Assembly (NCBI GenBank): GCA_977020255.1
Contig: CDROCS010000122.1
Coordinates: forward strand, 496,001 to 560,000
Direction of reading: 5' to 3'
Source of the DNA: Obrimoposthia wandeli
Taxonomy: Eukaryota
DNA: 64,000 nt
Within the stretch, counting starts at the first letter, position 1, and every line of letters starts with the position of its first letter. Below, one piece after another: positions 33,769 to 44,566 of the stretch. The position numbers were made by a program, and so were the translations under genes. The notes under the pieces are model-generated. The model was given only the letters and a program-made list of their open reading frames with translations, searched no databases and was not told the origin of the DNA.

Positions 33769-35100
33769 TTAGTTACCACGGAAGTGTCTTGGAGAAGGCA
33801 CTAAATCATGTTTGTTCAGCAATCTATACATGGTTGCACGAGAAACCCCTAGCTCACGAGCTGCTGCTGAAATTTGACCTTTATTATTCTCTATCACAGT
33901 CAACAGTGCCCCACGCTCCGATTCTTCTCTGATCGTTTTTAAGCTTTGCTTATCGTCATTTAGCCGCGGTATATCAAGATGATCCGCTTCAATACTTTTA
34001 TCTTCAGCTAACAGTACAGCACGTTTTATTTGGCTAATTAATTCTCGTACATTCCCTGGCCAAGGGTATGTAGTTAACATTTTTTGTGCTTCATCCGAAA
34101 AGTGCTTTGCAACACTATTGTATTGCCTCGCAAATTTCAGTAATAAAAACTCAGCAAGTAAGCTGATATCACTGCCTCGTTCTCGTAATGAAGGCACAAC
34201 CAGCGTAACAACATTTAAACGATATAAAAGATCTTGTCTTAATTTACCCTCTGCGACGAGCTGCTCTATAGGGTAACTGGTTGAAACAATAATCCTAATT
34301 TCTGACGTTATCTTTTCACCCGCAGGGGTCGTAAACGTGTCGTCATTAATAAACTGTAACAGCTCTTGTTGTCTCTGATCTGATAACGCTGAAATTTCAT
34401 CAAGGTATAGCACGCCTTTATCTGCTAAAGCAAAGCAGCAAGGAGAAGAGTGCATATCACAATGTTGTTCATTTACACTGTCACAAAACCAATCAGCTGT
34501 AACCGTTTCACAACTAATTCTAACAAAGGCATTATTGGCTCTCGTCGATGCTTGATGAACAGCACGCGCAACTAGCTCTTTTCCTGTACCCATTTCACCT
34601 TCAATAAAGACAGACACATCATTTGCTGCAATACGCTGTACTTGATGGCGAAGCTTTTTCATGACTTCTGTTGTACCTTGCAAACCTTGTTGGCCGAAGC
34701 GCCCTAAATCAGGCCATACTTTGCGTTCTAGCTGTAACATTCCCAGTTGATGACCAATGGTTTCTTGCAACTGAGCAACAGGCGTAGGTGAAGTGAAGTA
34801 ATCAATACAGAAGCTAGCAATGAATTGGCAAATGGCGTCTGAAGCAAGCTGCTCTTCTCGTACAACAGCTAACCATCGCACTTGTTTATTACGATTAACC
34901 AGCGTTGCGATACCATTGATGCTGAAATCATCTTTACTGAGATCGACAACACCAATGCAAGGACCAATATCCAATAATAAAGACTCAGCGGCTCTTAGGT
35001 CATAACAACAATGACATACCCAGCCAGCTTGCTCTAAAGAGGGCAACCATGATTGAGAACTACCGCCAAAGACCACTAACGCTTCTGACATTACTCCCAT
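33769..35100 (-). CDS. vpsR: atypical NtrC-family regulator, VpsR/CpsR orthologue
   Basis: N-terminus GPCIGVVDLS...DAICQFIASFCIDYFT...IGHQLGML resembles V. cholerae VpsR; no GAFTGA; HTH ELGVSRATMYRLLNKH; lies near lysS and tas; ATG at 35100 after AGGAGG. Confidence 0.85.
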   Translation of the reverse strand: MGVMSEALVVFGGSSQSWLPSLEQAGWVCHCCYDLRAAESLLLDIGPCIGVVDLSKDDFSINGIATLVNRNKQVRWLAVVREEQLASDAICQFIASFCIDYFTSPTPVAQLQETIGHQLGMLQLERKVWPDLGRFGQQGLQGTTEVMKKLRHQVQRIAANDVSVFIEGEMGTGKELVARAVHQASTRANNAFVRISCETVTADWFCDSVNEQHCDMHSSPCCFALADKGVLYLDEISALSDQRQQELLQFINDDTFTTPAGEKITSEIRIIVSTSYPIEQLVAEGKLRQDLLYRLNVVTLVVPSLRERGSDISLLAEFLLLKFARQYNSVAKHFSDEAQKMLTTYPWPGNVRELISQIKRAVLLAEDKSIEADHLDIPRLNDDKQSLKTIREESERGALLTVIENNKGQISAAARELGVSRATMYRLLNKHDLVPSPRHFRGN

Positions 35101-35439
35101 ATTTCCCCCTCCTTTCATCATTAAGCCTTTAAATAATAAACAATAACCATGTAACATAATGGCCAAAATATGGAGCACGAGCGACAATAACATTCAGTTA
35201 TATTGTTTGATGATATATGCCACAACAAACCCATTGCAACTTGTTTACTATAAATATGGATTGTACTCATGTTTTTTCTAAAAAAAGATGCCTCTAAGCC
35301 ATGGATAATGCGGCTAACATAGCAAAAAGAGAAAATAATTTAATCATGAAAGATTCTAATTAATATAAATAAAACCTGATCATTACCAAAAGTAAAATTA
35401 ATAATATAAAGAATTGTAGTAGGTAAAAATCATAAAACG

Positions 35440-35464
35440 AAAAAAGCGCCTTTCGGCGCTTTTT
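35440..35464 (-). terminator. DAACS gene terminator
   Basis: AAAAAAGCGCC-tttc-GGCGCTTTTT. Confidence 0.85.
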
Positions 35465-35493
35465 ATTAATCATGCTATTTTACAATATATTGT

Positions 35494-36768
35494 TTAGCTA
35501 ACGGTTACAGGTGTCGCAGCAACGTCATCAGTTGGTACGCCAATTTCATTTTCACTCTTTGCCACAATTGTATTTACAGCGGTATCACCAACAACGTTTG
35601 AGCTAGTACAGAACATATCGTTAATACGGTCAACCGCGGCAACAATTGCTAGACCTTCTGGCGGTAAACCCAATTGGTGAAGCAATACACCCACCATCAC
35701 TATACCGCCACCAGGAACACCACCAGCACCAATTGATAACAACAAGATAGTTAAACCTAGCGTAAATAAGTCGGCAGTATTAATTGGTTGACCAAATGCG
35801 TTCGCCACGAAAATTGTCGCTAGTGCAATATAAATAGAGACACCAGACATGTTCATTGTTGCACCCAATGGCACACCAAAACCAGCAACTGACTTCGAGA
35901 CGCCAATCTTATCGGTCAACGTACGCATGGTTACTGGAATCGTTGCATTTGAGCTTGCTGTCGATAGTGAGAATAAAATCTGCTCACGGGTATGACGAAG
36001 GAAAGTCGTCGGCTTAATGCCCGTCGTAATGCCAACCATCATTGGATAGAAGAAGAAAATCCAAAAAACCAACATCGCAACGACGAGACCAACATAACCA
36101 GCCACAGACATTAAAGTATTTGCATCTAATGTTGCACCTAGTTGAATCATCAGTGCGAACACACCGAATGGCGCTAAGCTCATAACCAAGCCCACTAGCT
36201 TCATCATGATTTCGTTTGCCATCTTGAACGTTTTGATTGCAGGACCACCACGCTTATCAAGCGCTTGAATCGCAAGGCCTGTCAAAATCGCCATGAAGAT
36301 GATTTGTAGCATATCACCGCTAGCAAAAGCTTGTACTGGGTTGCTTGGTACAATATTAACGATTAGAGAGAAAATATCAGGGGTTTCTGTTGTCGTTAAT
36401 TCAACCGTTTTTTCCACAGTACCCGCTAAATTAGCACCTGCACCTGGTTGGAAAATCATACCAACAGTTAATGCTGCTGCAATCGCGATAATGGTATTAA
36501 TAATGTATAGAGCAAAGGTTTTACCACCTAAGCGACCAAATGCAGTGATATCTTTCAATTCAACGATACCGCAAACAATCGATACGTAGACAAGAGGTAC
36601 TACAAGTAATTTAATCAGTGAGACGAACATACCGCCAGCGCCTTCCGCTAAGCCAAGTACATAGGTATCCATCAACGTTACGCCATTAAATAGGTACTGA
36701 ATTGCTGTACCTATAATCAGACCTAGAAATAGGCCCGTAAATATCTTTCCTGATAACGATTTATTCAT
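35494..36768 (-). CDS. dicarboxylate/amino acid:cation symporter (DAACS)
   Basis: STASSNATIP, PLGATMNMSG, IGAGGVPGGG, DRINDMFCT. Confidence 0.92.
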   Translation of the reverse strand: MNKSLSGKIFTGLFLGLIIGTAIQYLFNGVTLMDTYVLGLAEGAGGMFVSLIKLLVVPLVYVSIVCGIVELKDITAFGRLGGKTFALYIINTIIAIAAALTVGMIFQPGAGANLAGTVEKTVELTTTETPDIFSLIVNIVPSNPVQAFASGDMLQIIFMAILTGLAIQALDKRGGPAIKTFKMANEIMMKLVGLVMSLAPFGVFALMIQLGATLDANTLMSVAGYVGLVVAMLVFWIFFFYPMMVGITTGIKPTTFLRHTREQILFSLSTASSNATIPVTMRTLTDKIGVSKSVAGFGVPLGATMNMSGVSIYIALATIFVANAFGQPINTADLFTLGLTILLLSIGAGGVPGGGIVMVGVLLHQLGLPPEGLAIVAAVDRINDMFCTSSNVVGDTAVNTIVAKSENEIGVPTDDVAATPVTVS

Positions 36769-37047
36769 CGTCCATCTCCAGTTGGTTGTGCTTAGTAATG
36801 TTAGATTTACGTTGCGTTCCCACTGTTCCTCGTGGGTTGAGCGACATTTTACATAGATGATGAAAGGATAAAAGGAGATATTTTACAATGTGGTTACAAA
36901 TAAGAGACAAAATAGAACATTGATAAATCAAATAAATCACAGTACAAAAAACTAAATAATATATAAAACGGTAACTTATAAGCAGTATGAATAGCAGAAT
37001 GTATGGAGAAAAATCAAAAGAACGATCAAATTTTGAATGACGAGTTA

Positions 37048-37063
37048 TGTGAATTGAATCACA
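37048..37063. promoter_or_regulatory. consensus CRP site upstream of the DAACS gene
   Basis: TGTGA-attgaa-TCACA, perfect core. Confidence 0.65.
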
Positions 37064-37177
37064 TCGAGAGTTTCTTTATGAGTCTAATTTACACAAAATT
37101 CCACTATTAGAAACTTTTGTTACTTACAATGATTGGCGAGATTAACTACAAATACCCATCTGGATAAGTGAGTGGCG

Positions 37178-37203
37178 AAAAAAAACCACTCATTGAGTGG
37201 CTT
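37178..37203 (-). terminator. lysS terminator
   Basis: GCCACTC-aat-GAGTGGT then T-run on minus strand. Confidence 0.8.
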
Positions 37204-37254
37204 CTATTTATCCATATTACGCCGAAAAATGGCGTAACTAAACTAAAGCAATAA

Positions 37255-38763
37255 TTATGCTTTGTTTTGTGGACGTAGTGCAGGGAACAAGATTACGTCA
37301 CGAATAGTATGTGTGTTAGTGAACAACATAACTAAACGGTCGATACCAATGCCCTGACCAGCTGTTGGTGGTAAGCCGTGCTCTAGTGCAGTGATGTAGT
37401 CTGCATCGTAGTACATTGCTTCATCATCGCCTGCATCTTTCGCGTTAACCTGCGCTTTAAAGCGCTGATCTTGATCTTGTGCATCGTTAAGCTCAGAGAA
37501 GCCATTCGCTACTTCACGACCACCAATGAAGAATTCAAAACGGTCTGTAATGAAATCATTCGTATCGTTACGGCGTGCCAATGGAGAGATATCTGCTGGG
37601 TATTCAGTAATGAACGTTGGCTGCATTAACTGAGGTTCTGCTGTCTCACCAAAGATTTCTTCAAGAAGCTGACCACACGTCCAGAAGTTTTCAACGTAAA
37701 TATCAAGACCACGTGCGATGTTAGCCATCAGTTCACGATCGGCGACTTGCTCGTAAGTAAGCGCTTGAATTTCAGCGTTATCTGGGTTGTATTGTTTGAT
37801 TGCATTTAGCATGCTGATACGTGGGTATGGACCACCGAAATCAACGGTTGCATCGCCATATGGTAGTTTTGGCGAACCGTGTAGGTCTGTTGCAATGCTG
37901 CTTAGCATTTCTTCCGTCAGATCCATCAGATCGTTGTAATCTGCGTACGCCATGTAGAATTCCATCATGGTGAATTCTGGATTATGACGAGGAGAAAGAC
38001 CTTCGTTACGGAAGTTACGGTTAATTTCGAATACACGCTCAAAACCACCAACCACTAGACGCTTCAAGTAAAGCTCTGGTGCAACACGTAGATACATATC
38101 GATATCTAACGCATTGTGATGAGTAATAAATGGACGTGCCGTTGCACCACCAGGGATAACGTGCATCATTGGTGTTTCAACTTCCATGAAGTCTTTCTTC
38201 ATCATGAAATTACGAATTGCACTTACAACTTTAGAACGCATGATCATCGTGTTACGAGTATCTTCGTTAACAATCAAATCAACATAACGCTGACGGTAAC
38301 GCGTTTCTTGGTCAGTAAGACCGTGGAACTTCTCTGGCAACGGACGAAGTGCTTTAGTTAGCAGTTCGTAGTTATCCATGGTCACGTAAAGATCGCCTTT
38401 ACCTGATAAATGAAGCTGACCTTTAACACCGATGATGTCACCGATATCAAGACCTGAGTACTTCTCTTTCAATTCTTTTTGTACAGTTTTATCAGCATAA
38501 GCTTGAATACGACCCGATACATCTTGAATCGCTAAAAATGGACCACGTTTAGCCATAACACGGCCAGCGATAGCAACGATGTGACCTTCTTCTTCAAGCT
38601 CTGGTTTCGTTTTCTCACCGAAAGTAGCCAGTAGATCGGCAGCTAAGCTGTCGCGACGGAAATCATTTGGGTGACCGTTTGCTTTACAGTTTTCGCGGAT
38701 CATTTCTAGCTTTGCACGGCGCTCAGCAATCAGCTTGTTTTCATCTTGTACTTGATCAGTCAT
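37255..38763 (-). CDS. lysS: lysine--tRNA ligase (class II)
   Basis: [30 protein letters not shown]. Confidence 0.99.
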   Translation of the reverse strand: MTDQVQDENKLIAERRAKLEMIRENCKANGHPNDFRRDSLAADLLATFGEKTKPELEEEGHIVAIAGRVMAKRGPFLAIQDVSGRIQAYADKTVQKELKEKYSGLDIGDIIGVKGQLHLSGKGDLYVTMDNYELLTKALRPLPEKFHGLTDQETRYRQRYVDLIVNEDTRNTMIMRSKVVSAIRNFMMKKDFMEVETPMMHVIPGGATARPFITHHNALDIDMYLRVAPELYLKRLVVGGFERVFEINRNFRNEGLSPRHNPEFTMMEFYMAYADYNDLMDLTEEMLSSIATDLHGSPKLPYGDATVDFGGPYPRISMLNAIKQYNPDNAEIQALTYEQVADRELMANIARGLDIYVENFWTCGQLLEEIFGETAEPQLMQPTFITEYPADISPLARRNDTNDFITDRFEFFIGGREVANGFSELNDAQDQDQRFKAQVNAKDAGDDEAMYYDADYITALEHGLPPTAGQGIGIDRLVMLFTNTHTIRDVILFPALRPQNKA

Positions 38764-38795
38764 GGGGGGAACCTTTAATTATTAACCCAATTCGG

Positions 38796-39894
38796 TTAGA
38801 GACCTGATTTCAGGCTAGCTTCAATAAAACGGTCTAAATCGCCGTCAAGTACAGCTTGGGTGTTACGATTCTCCACCCCTGTACGTAAATCTTTAATGCG
38901 CGAGTCATCCAATACGTATGAACGAATTTGGCTGCCCCAACCAATGTCAGACTTAGAGTCTTCATTAGCTTGCTTCTCAGCATTTTTCTTTTGCATCTCA
39001 AACTCGAACAGTTTGGCTTTCAACTGTTTCATTGCTTGATCTTTGTTCTTATGCTGAGAACGGTCATTCTGACACTGCACCACAAGGTTGGTTGGAACGT
39101 GCGTAATACGTACCGCAGATTCCGTGGTGTTTACGTGCTGACCACCCGCTCCTGATGCGCGGTATACATCGATACGCAAATCAGAAGGGTTAATATCAAT
39201 AATAATGTTGTCATCAATTTCTGGGTAAACAAACGCAGAAGCAAATGAGGTATGGCGGCGACCACCTGAATCGAACGGTGATTTACGCACTAAACGGTGA
39301 ACACCAGTTTCAGTACGTAGCCAGCCGTAGGCATACTCACCGACAAGGCGAATGGTTGCTGATTTAAGACCCGCAACATCACCAGCAGAGACTTCGATAA
39401 TCTCTGTTTTAAAGCCTTTCGCATCAGCCCAACGTAAATACATACGTAACATCATTGATGTCCAGTCCTGAGCTTCTGTACCGCCCGAACCTGCTTGTAG
39501 GTCGATGTAACAATCTGATGAATCGTATTCACCCGAGAACATGCGGCGGAATTCAAGCTTGGCTAGCTTGGCTTCCAACTCTGCCAGTTCTGGCTCAATT
39601 TCATCAAATGTTTCTTGATCGTCTTCTTCTACCGCTAATTCAAGTAAACCCGCAACGTCTTCTACGCCCAGATCTAGTTGATCGATAGTTTCAACCACGG
39701 CTTCTAATGCTGCGCGTGATTTACCTAGAGCTTGAGCGCGTTCTGGCTCATTCCATACAGCTGGTTGCTCTAGTTCTGCATTGACCTCTTCTAGTTGCTC
39801 TTTCTTAGCATCATAGTCAAAGGTACCCCCTAAGAATGTCAGTACGTACTGATACATCCTCAAGTCGGTTTTTTATTGGATTAATCTCGAACAT
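38796..39894 (-). CDS. prfB: peptide chain release factor 2 with programmed +1 frameshift
   Basis: ATG 39894: [25 protein letters not shown], then CTT-TGA-C (39822-39816) preceded by internal SD AGGGGG; SPF and GGQ motifs in the +1 frame. Confidence 0.98.
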
Positions 39895-40099
39895 TGCCAC
39901 TCTTCATCACCGAAACGGACACAACCGCAAGATTCTATCGAATTGTCTCTAGAATATACAGCGCTGTAATGGGGTTTCTTACCCTAATTGTTGAGAGATA
40001 GCGATCATCTATGTCTCAACTTCAGTATTAAGTCGAAGATGATAAACCTTGAAACCGTTTATCATCTTGTTAAATATCAATTTTATAGCGGTATATTGA

Positions 40100-41824
40100 T
40101 TATTTTGCGACCAAGTGTTCAATCATCAATTGTACACTGCGATTTCCACGAAACTCATTCACATCGAGTCGATAAACAAGATCAACTTGCTGTACAGACG
40201 CATCTGGCCACGATTTAAGATCAACGTTAAAAGCAATGGCATCGATAACGCTGCCCCCATTTATCGGCTCAACCATCATTTTTAAATGCTTACTGCCCAC
40301 CAGCTTCTGATGCAGTAAACGGAACGTGCCATCAAATGATGGTTCAGGGAATTGCTGACCCCAAGGGCCACCATTGCGTAATATTTCTGCAATTTCAATA
40401 TTCAATTCGTTCGCGGCAAGTTCACCGTCGGTCAAAAAGACACCTTTCAATGCATCTTCATCTAACTGGCTACGTACAATGTCATCAAACGCTTTACTAA
40501 AACCGGTCAGTTGGTCTTCAGGTATGGTTAAACCAGCCGCCATCGCGTGACCACCAAACTTTAAGATCATACCGGGATTTCGGGTATCAATAAGATCAAG
40601 TACATCTCGCATATGTAAGCTGGGAATAGAACGGCAAGATCCTTTAATTTCACCCTCTCCCGCATCAGCAAACGCAATAACAGGGCGGTGATATAAATCT
40701 TTAATACGCGATGCCAAAATACCAATCACACCTTGATGCCAATCGCGTTGAAATAGCACTAAACCATAAGGCATATCTTGCTGATTAAATGAGATACGCT
40801 CACAAATAGCCAGCGCTTCTTCTTTCATGCCGTGCTCTATTTCTTTACGTGTTTGGTTTAACCCATCAAGCTCTGATGCCATACGGCGCGCCGCTTGAAT
40901 ATGGTTACATAACAGTAACTCAACACCAAAAGACATGTCGTCTAATCGCCCTGCCGCATTAATACGGGGACCAAGCGCAAACCCCAAATCACTTGTGACT
41001 AAACGAGCAGGATCGCGATTTGCCACTTCAATTAATGCCTGAATACCAGGACGGCACTTACCCGCTCTAATTCGCTGAAGGCCTTGATGCACAAGTATGC
41101 GATTATTCCCATCAAGTGCCACCACATCAGCCACTGTGCCCAGTGCGACTAAATCCAGCAGCTCTGCTAAGTTAGGTACTGGAATACCTTGCTGTTCGAA
41201 CCAATGGATATTTCGTAATTCCGCACGCAATGCCAGCATTAAATAAAAGGCAACGCCCACACCACATAATGCTTTAGAAGGGAACGTACACACATCGAGG
41301 TTAGGGTTCACGATGGCATCTGCAATCGGTAACTCCTTACCCTGCAAGTGGTGATCAGTCACCAGAACTTGCATGCCTTTGGCTTTTGCAGCGGCCACAC
41401 CGGCAATCGACGATACGCCGTTATCTACCGTCATGATCACTTCTGCGCCACGGGCTTCAGCTTGATCAACCACTTCTGGGCTTAAGCCGTAACCATCTTC
41501 AACGCGGTTGGGAATTAAATAATCGACATTGCTACAGCCAAGCATACGTAATGCCAATACCGATAAGGCTGAGCTGGTGGCACCATCAGCATCAAAATCA
41601 CCCACAATAATAATACGTCGGTTATCTGCCAATGCAGTAACCAATAACTGTACTGCAGGCTCGATACCATGCAACTGGTCGTAACTTAATAACCCTTTTG
41701 CACCACGTTCAAGTTCAAGTTCTGATGCAATTCCACGACTCGCGTAAATACGTTGTAATAATGGTGGCGTCGTAGCTGAAAAGCCGGAAATATCGGCAGT
41801 CGGTCGACGTTTAACTTCAATCAT
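40100..41824 (-). CDS. recJ: ssDNA exonuclease RecJ
   Basis: GDFDADG, TVDNG, TDHH, DLVALGTVADV, GGHAMAAG; ATG at 41824. Confidence 0.97.
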   Translation of the reverse strand: MIEVKRRPTADISGFSATTPPLLQRIYASRGIASELELERGAKGLLSYDQLHGIEPAVQLLVTALADNRRIIIVGDFDADGATSSALSVLALRMLGCSNVDYLIPNRVEDGYGLSPEVVDQAEARGAEVIMTVDNGVSSIAGVAAAKAKGMQVLVTDHHLQGKELPIADAIVNPNLDVCTFPSKALCGVGVAFYLMLALRAELRNIHWFEQQGIPVPNLAELLDLVALGTVADVVALDGNNRILVHQGLQRIRAGKCRPGIQALIEVANRDPARLVTSDLGFALGPRINAAGRLDDMSFGVELLLCNHIQAARRMASELDGLNQTRKEIEHGMKEEALAICERISFNQQDMPYGLVLFQRDWHQGVIGILASRIKDLYHRPVIAFADAGEGEIKGSCRSIPSLHMRDVLDLIDTRNPGMILKFGGHAMAAGLTIPEDQLTGFSKAFDDIVRSQLDEDALKGVFLTDGELAANELNIEIAEILRNGGPWGQQFPEPSFDGTFRLLHQKLVGSKHLKMMVEPINGGSVIDAIAFNVDLKSWPDASVQQVDLVYRLDVNEFRGNRSVQLMIEHLVAK

Positions 41825-41898
41825 AATGGGTAATTTCCGGCATATGTAATGTGTGCTGAATGCATCACATTCTATCTCAATTTTTGGTACAAACCATG

Positions 41899-41940
41899 AA
41901 AAAAGCCCGTAATCTGACTGAATCACATTACGGGCTTTCA
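41899..41940 (-). terminator. terminator between dsbC and recJ
   Basis: AAAGCCCGTAAT...ATTACGGGCTTTTTT. Confidence 0.7.
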
Positions 41941-41958
41941 TAAGCAAACCAAGCTATA

Positions 41959-42681
41959 TTAGCTACGGCTATCTAGCATTTTACGCAGCATAGGCGCTGG
42001 CTGATAACCAGGCAGCATTGTGCCATCTTCCAAGATTAATGCAGGCGTACCGCTTACACCCATAGCAACACCTAATTCATACTGCTTACGAACAAGATCT
42101 TCACGTAACTGAATTCCACTGTCGTCAAATGTGCCGCTTTTCGCGTCATTCATTGCTTTTGCTTTATCTTTAGCGCCCCAAATAGCGCTCATTTGCTCGA
42201 AGTTACCAGAACGCTCGCCACCACGTGGAAAAGCAAGATAACGAATAGTGATGCCTGCATCGTTATATGCTTGCATTTCACCGTGTAACTTACGGCAATA
42301 ACCACATGTCGTATCAGTGAAAACCGTCACAACATATTTTTCGTCTTTTGCAGGGTAGATGATCATTTCATCTTCCATGCCTTGCAGTTTGTCTTTGTTA
42401 AGCTTCGCCATTTTCTGTTCGGTAAGATTCACCGGCTCCGCGCCCGTATTCTGATATAAATGACCCGCAATAAAGTAGCTGCCATCATCAGATACGTAAA
42501 CAACGCCACGTTCAGTCACCGCTTCGTTCATACCTGAAATAGGAGAAGGAGAAATCGAACTTGGAGCTAAACCTAGCGCACCCAATTTCGTTTTAATTGC
42601 AGCCTCGTCGGGCTTTGCTGCTGCAGAAAAAGCAGTTAACGCAACCACAGTCGCAAGTAATGTACGGCCAAAAAAGTGCAT
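41959..42681 (-). CDS. dsbC: thiol:disulfide isomerase DsbC
   Basis: Signal peptide, CGYC, GTP cis-Pro loop; xerD-dsbC-recJ synteny. Confidence 0.95.
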   Translation of the reverse strand: MHFFGRTLLATVVALTAFSAAAKPDEAAIKTKLGALGLAPSSISPSPISGMNEAVTERGVVYVSDDGSYFIAGHLYQNTGAEPVNLTEQKMAKLNKDKLQGMEDEMIIYPAKDEKYVVTVFTDTTCGYCRKLHGEMQAYNDAGITIRYLAFPRGGERSGNFEQMSAIWGAKDKAKAMNDAKSGTFDDSGIQLREDLVRKQYELGVAMGVSGTPALILEDGTMLPGYQPAPMLRKMLDSRS

Positions 42682-42831
42682 TCGACTAGATCCTTTAAAA
42701 AAGTAATATAAAGAGTAGACCTGTGAGAGTCCGAAAAACTTTCAAAGTTCATTATACGGGTAGTCATAGAGCTGTTACTAGATGAACTCGATCATCTTTA
42801 TTATTAAAGCGTCTGTCTTGCACTTAAATAA

Positions 42832-43728
42832 TTAAGCACGAGGGTGATGCGTCGCATGAAGTTGTTTTAATCGCTCGGTCGCTACATGAGTATAGATCTG
42901 AGTGGTGGATAAATCACTATGCCCTAGCAGCATTTGTACCACGCGTAAATCAGCACCATGATTCAATAAATGGGTTGCAAATGCATGCCTCATCACGTGG
43001 GGCGACAAGGTATCGGCATCAATACCAGCAATCACCGCATAATACTTAATACGATGCCAAAACGTCTGTCTGGTCATTTGTCTTGCTCGTCTACTGGGAA
43101 ACAAGACATCAGAGCTTTTCTCACCTAATAGCTGTGGACGACCGCTATCAATGAATTCTTCAATCCAATCAATCGCGTTTTCTCCCATCGGCACTAAACG
43201 TTCTTTATCACCCTTACCCGTCACCCTTACCACACCTTGGCGTAAGCTCACCTTTTCCATGGTTAAGCTAACCAGTTCGGTAACACGTAAACCTGTGGCA
43301 TACAGTAACTCTAGCATTGCTTTATCACGCAATTCTATTGGGTTATTGGTATCTGGCGCATCAAGTAAAGCACCAACTTGCTCTTCGGTTAAATCTTTCG
43401 GTAAGCGTTTAGGCAAGCGAGGGCTCACCATCATGCTACTCGGATCATCGTCACGCACTTTTTCACGATATAGGTACTGGTATAAACGGCGAATAGCCGA
43501 CACCATGCGTGCACGCGATGTTTGTTTAAAATCAGCATCAAATAGCCATTGCTGGTATCGCTGTAAATCATCGACAGATAGCGTTACCAAGCGGTAACTT
43601 TTCTCTTCTGCCCACTTTCGTAATTTGGTTAAATCATTACGATAAGACATCAGCGTATTTTCTGATAACCCTCTCTCCATCCACATTGCATCAAGAAAGC
43701 GTTCAATCATATTTTCGTCGTTTTCCAC
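42832..43728 (-). CDS. xerD: site-specific tyrosine recombinase XerD
   Basis: LYATGLRVTEL, GKGDKER, HVMRHAFATHLL, LLGHSDLSTTQIY; GTG start at 43728 gives 298 aa. Confidence 0.97.
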   Translation of the reverse strand: MENDENMIERFLDAMWMERGLSENTLMSYRNDLTKLRKWAEEKSYRLVTLSVDDLQRYQQWLFDADFKQTSRARMVSAIRRLYQYLYREKVRDDDPSSMMVSPRLPKRLPKDLTEEQVGALLDAPDTNNPIELRDKAMLELLYATGLRVTELVSLTMEKVSLRQGVVRVTGKGDKERLVPMGENAIDWIEEFIDSGRPQLLGEKSSDVLFPSRRARQMTRQTFWHRIKYYAVIAGIDADTLSPHVMRHAFATHLLNHGADLRVVQMLLGHSDLSTTQIYTHVATERLKQLHATHHPRA

Positions 43729-43941
43729 AGCAACCTCTAACCCTATATGCAAATACACTGAATGAAATGCATGGGTATAAACACAGTACTTTTGTCATGG
43801 TAGTCTATTTAACCCTAAAAGTAACTTGTCATATCCCAGTCGATAACACTGAAACACGGTAAAGCCGCGAGATAAAACATAGAGGAATAGAAAGAAGCTA
43901 GGTAAACTCTCAGCCATTACATACACCAATGGATTATCAGC

Positions 43942-44463
43942 ATGAAAATTGGCCTATTCTACGGTTCAACAACTTGTTATACAGAAATGGCGGCAGAAAA
44001 AATCCGCGAGTGTATTGGTGATGAACTCGTTGAACTGCACAACATCAAAGACACACCGATCAGTGAAATGAATAACTTTGACATGCTGATCATGGGGATC
44101 TCAACGTGGGATTTCGGTGAATTACAAGAAGATTGGGAAGCAGTATGGGAACAACTCGATGGGTTAGCCCTTGCTGGTAAAACCGTGGCTTTCTTCGGCA
44201 TGGGTGATCAAGAAGGCTACACCGAGTGGTTTTTAGATGCGATGGGCATGCTGCACGACAAACTACTGCCAACAGGCATTAACGTCGTCGGTTATTGGCC
44301 CAATAATGATAGCTACCAATTTGAAGCATCAAAAGCACTAACAGAAGATGAAGAATTCTTTGTTGGCTTAGCCCTTGATGAAGACAGCCAGTTTGAAATG
44401 AGTGATGAACGCATTACTCAATGGTGTGAACAGATATTGACTGAATATAGCGATTCACTCTAA
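43942..44463 (+). CDS. fldB: flavodoxin 2
   Basis: [33 protein letters not shown]; divergent from xerD. Confidence 0.95.
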   Translation: MKIGLFYGSTTCYTEMAAEKIRECIGDELVELHNIKDTPISEMNNFDMLIMGISTWDFGELQEDWEAVWEQLDGLALAGKTVAFFGMGDQEGYTEWFLDAMGMLHDKLLPTGINVVGYWPNNDSYQFEASKALTEDEEFFVGLALDEDSQFEMSDERITQWCEQILTEYSDSL

Positions 44464-44499
44464 GTCTCTTTGTCTTGCGTTAAATGCGCTTTAGCCAAC

Positions 44500-44537
44500 A
44501 AAAAACGGGATGCCATAATGGCATCCCGTTTTGTTTT
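44500..44537. terminator. bidirectional terminator fldB/brnQ
   Basis: AAAACGGGATGCCA-taa-TGGCATCCCGTTTT. Confidence 0.9.
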
Positions 44538-44566
44538 AATACTATTTGTTTAAATACAAATAATAA

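Noticed and set aside
36770-37250. Lysine riboswitch or hidden gene in the lysS-DAACS spacer
   Set aside because: No L-box signature and no ORF with an SD; the features seen are explained by a CRP site, promoter and terminator
38796-39863. prfB start as given in the ORF track (MRMYQYV...)
   Set aside because: Artefact; the true start is 39894 with a +1 frameshift
43151-43597. Long antisense ORFs (e.g. 43151-43597, 60686-61105, 56619-57008, 10533-10910, 26820-27161)
   Set aside because: They shadow well-conserved genes on the opposite strand, lack SDs and show Ser/Pro/Thr-rich antisense-type composition
42832-43728. Tyrosine recombinase as an island integrase
   Set aside because: Sequence and the fldB/xerD-dsbC-recJ-prfB synteny identify housekeeping XerD
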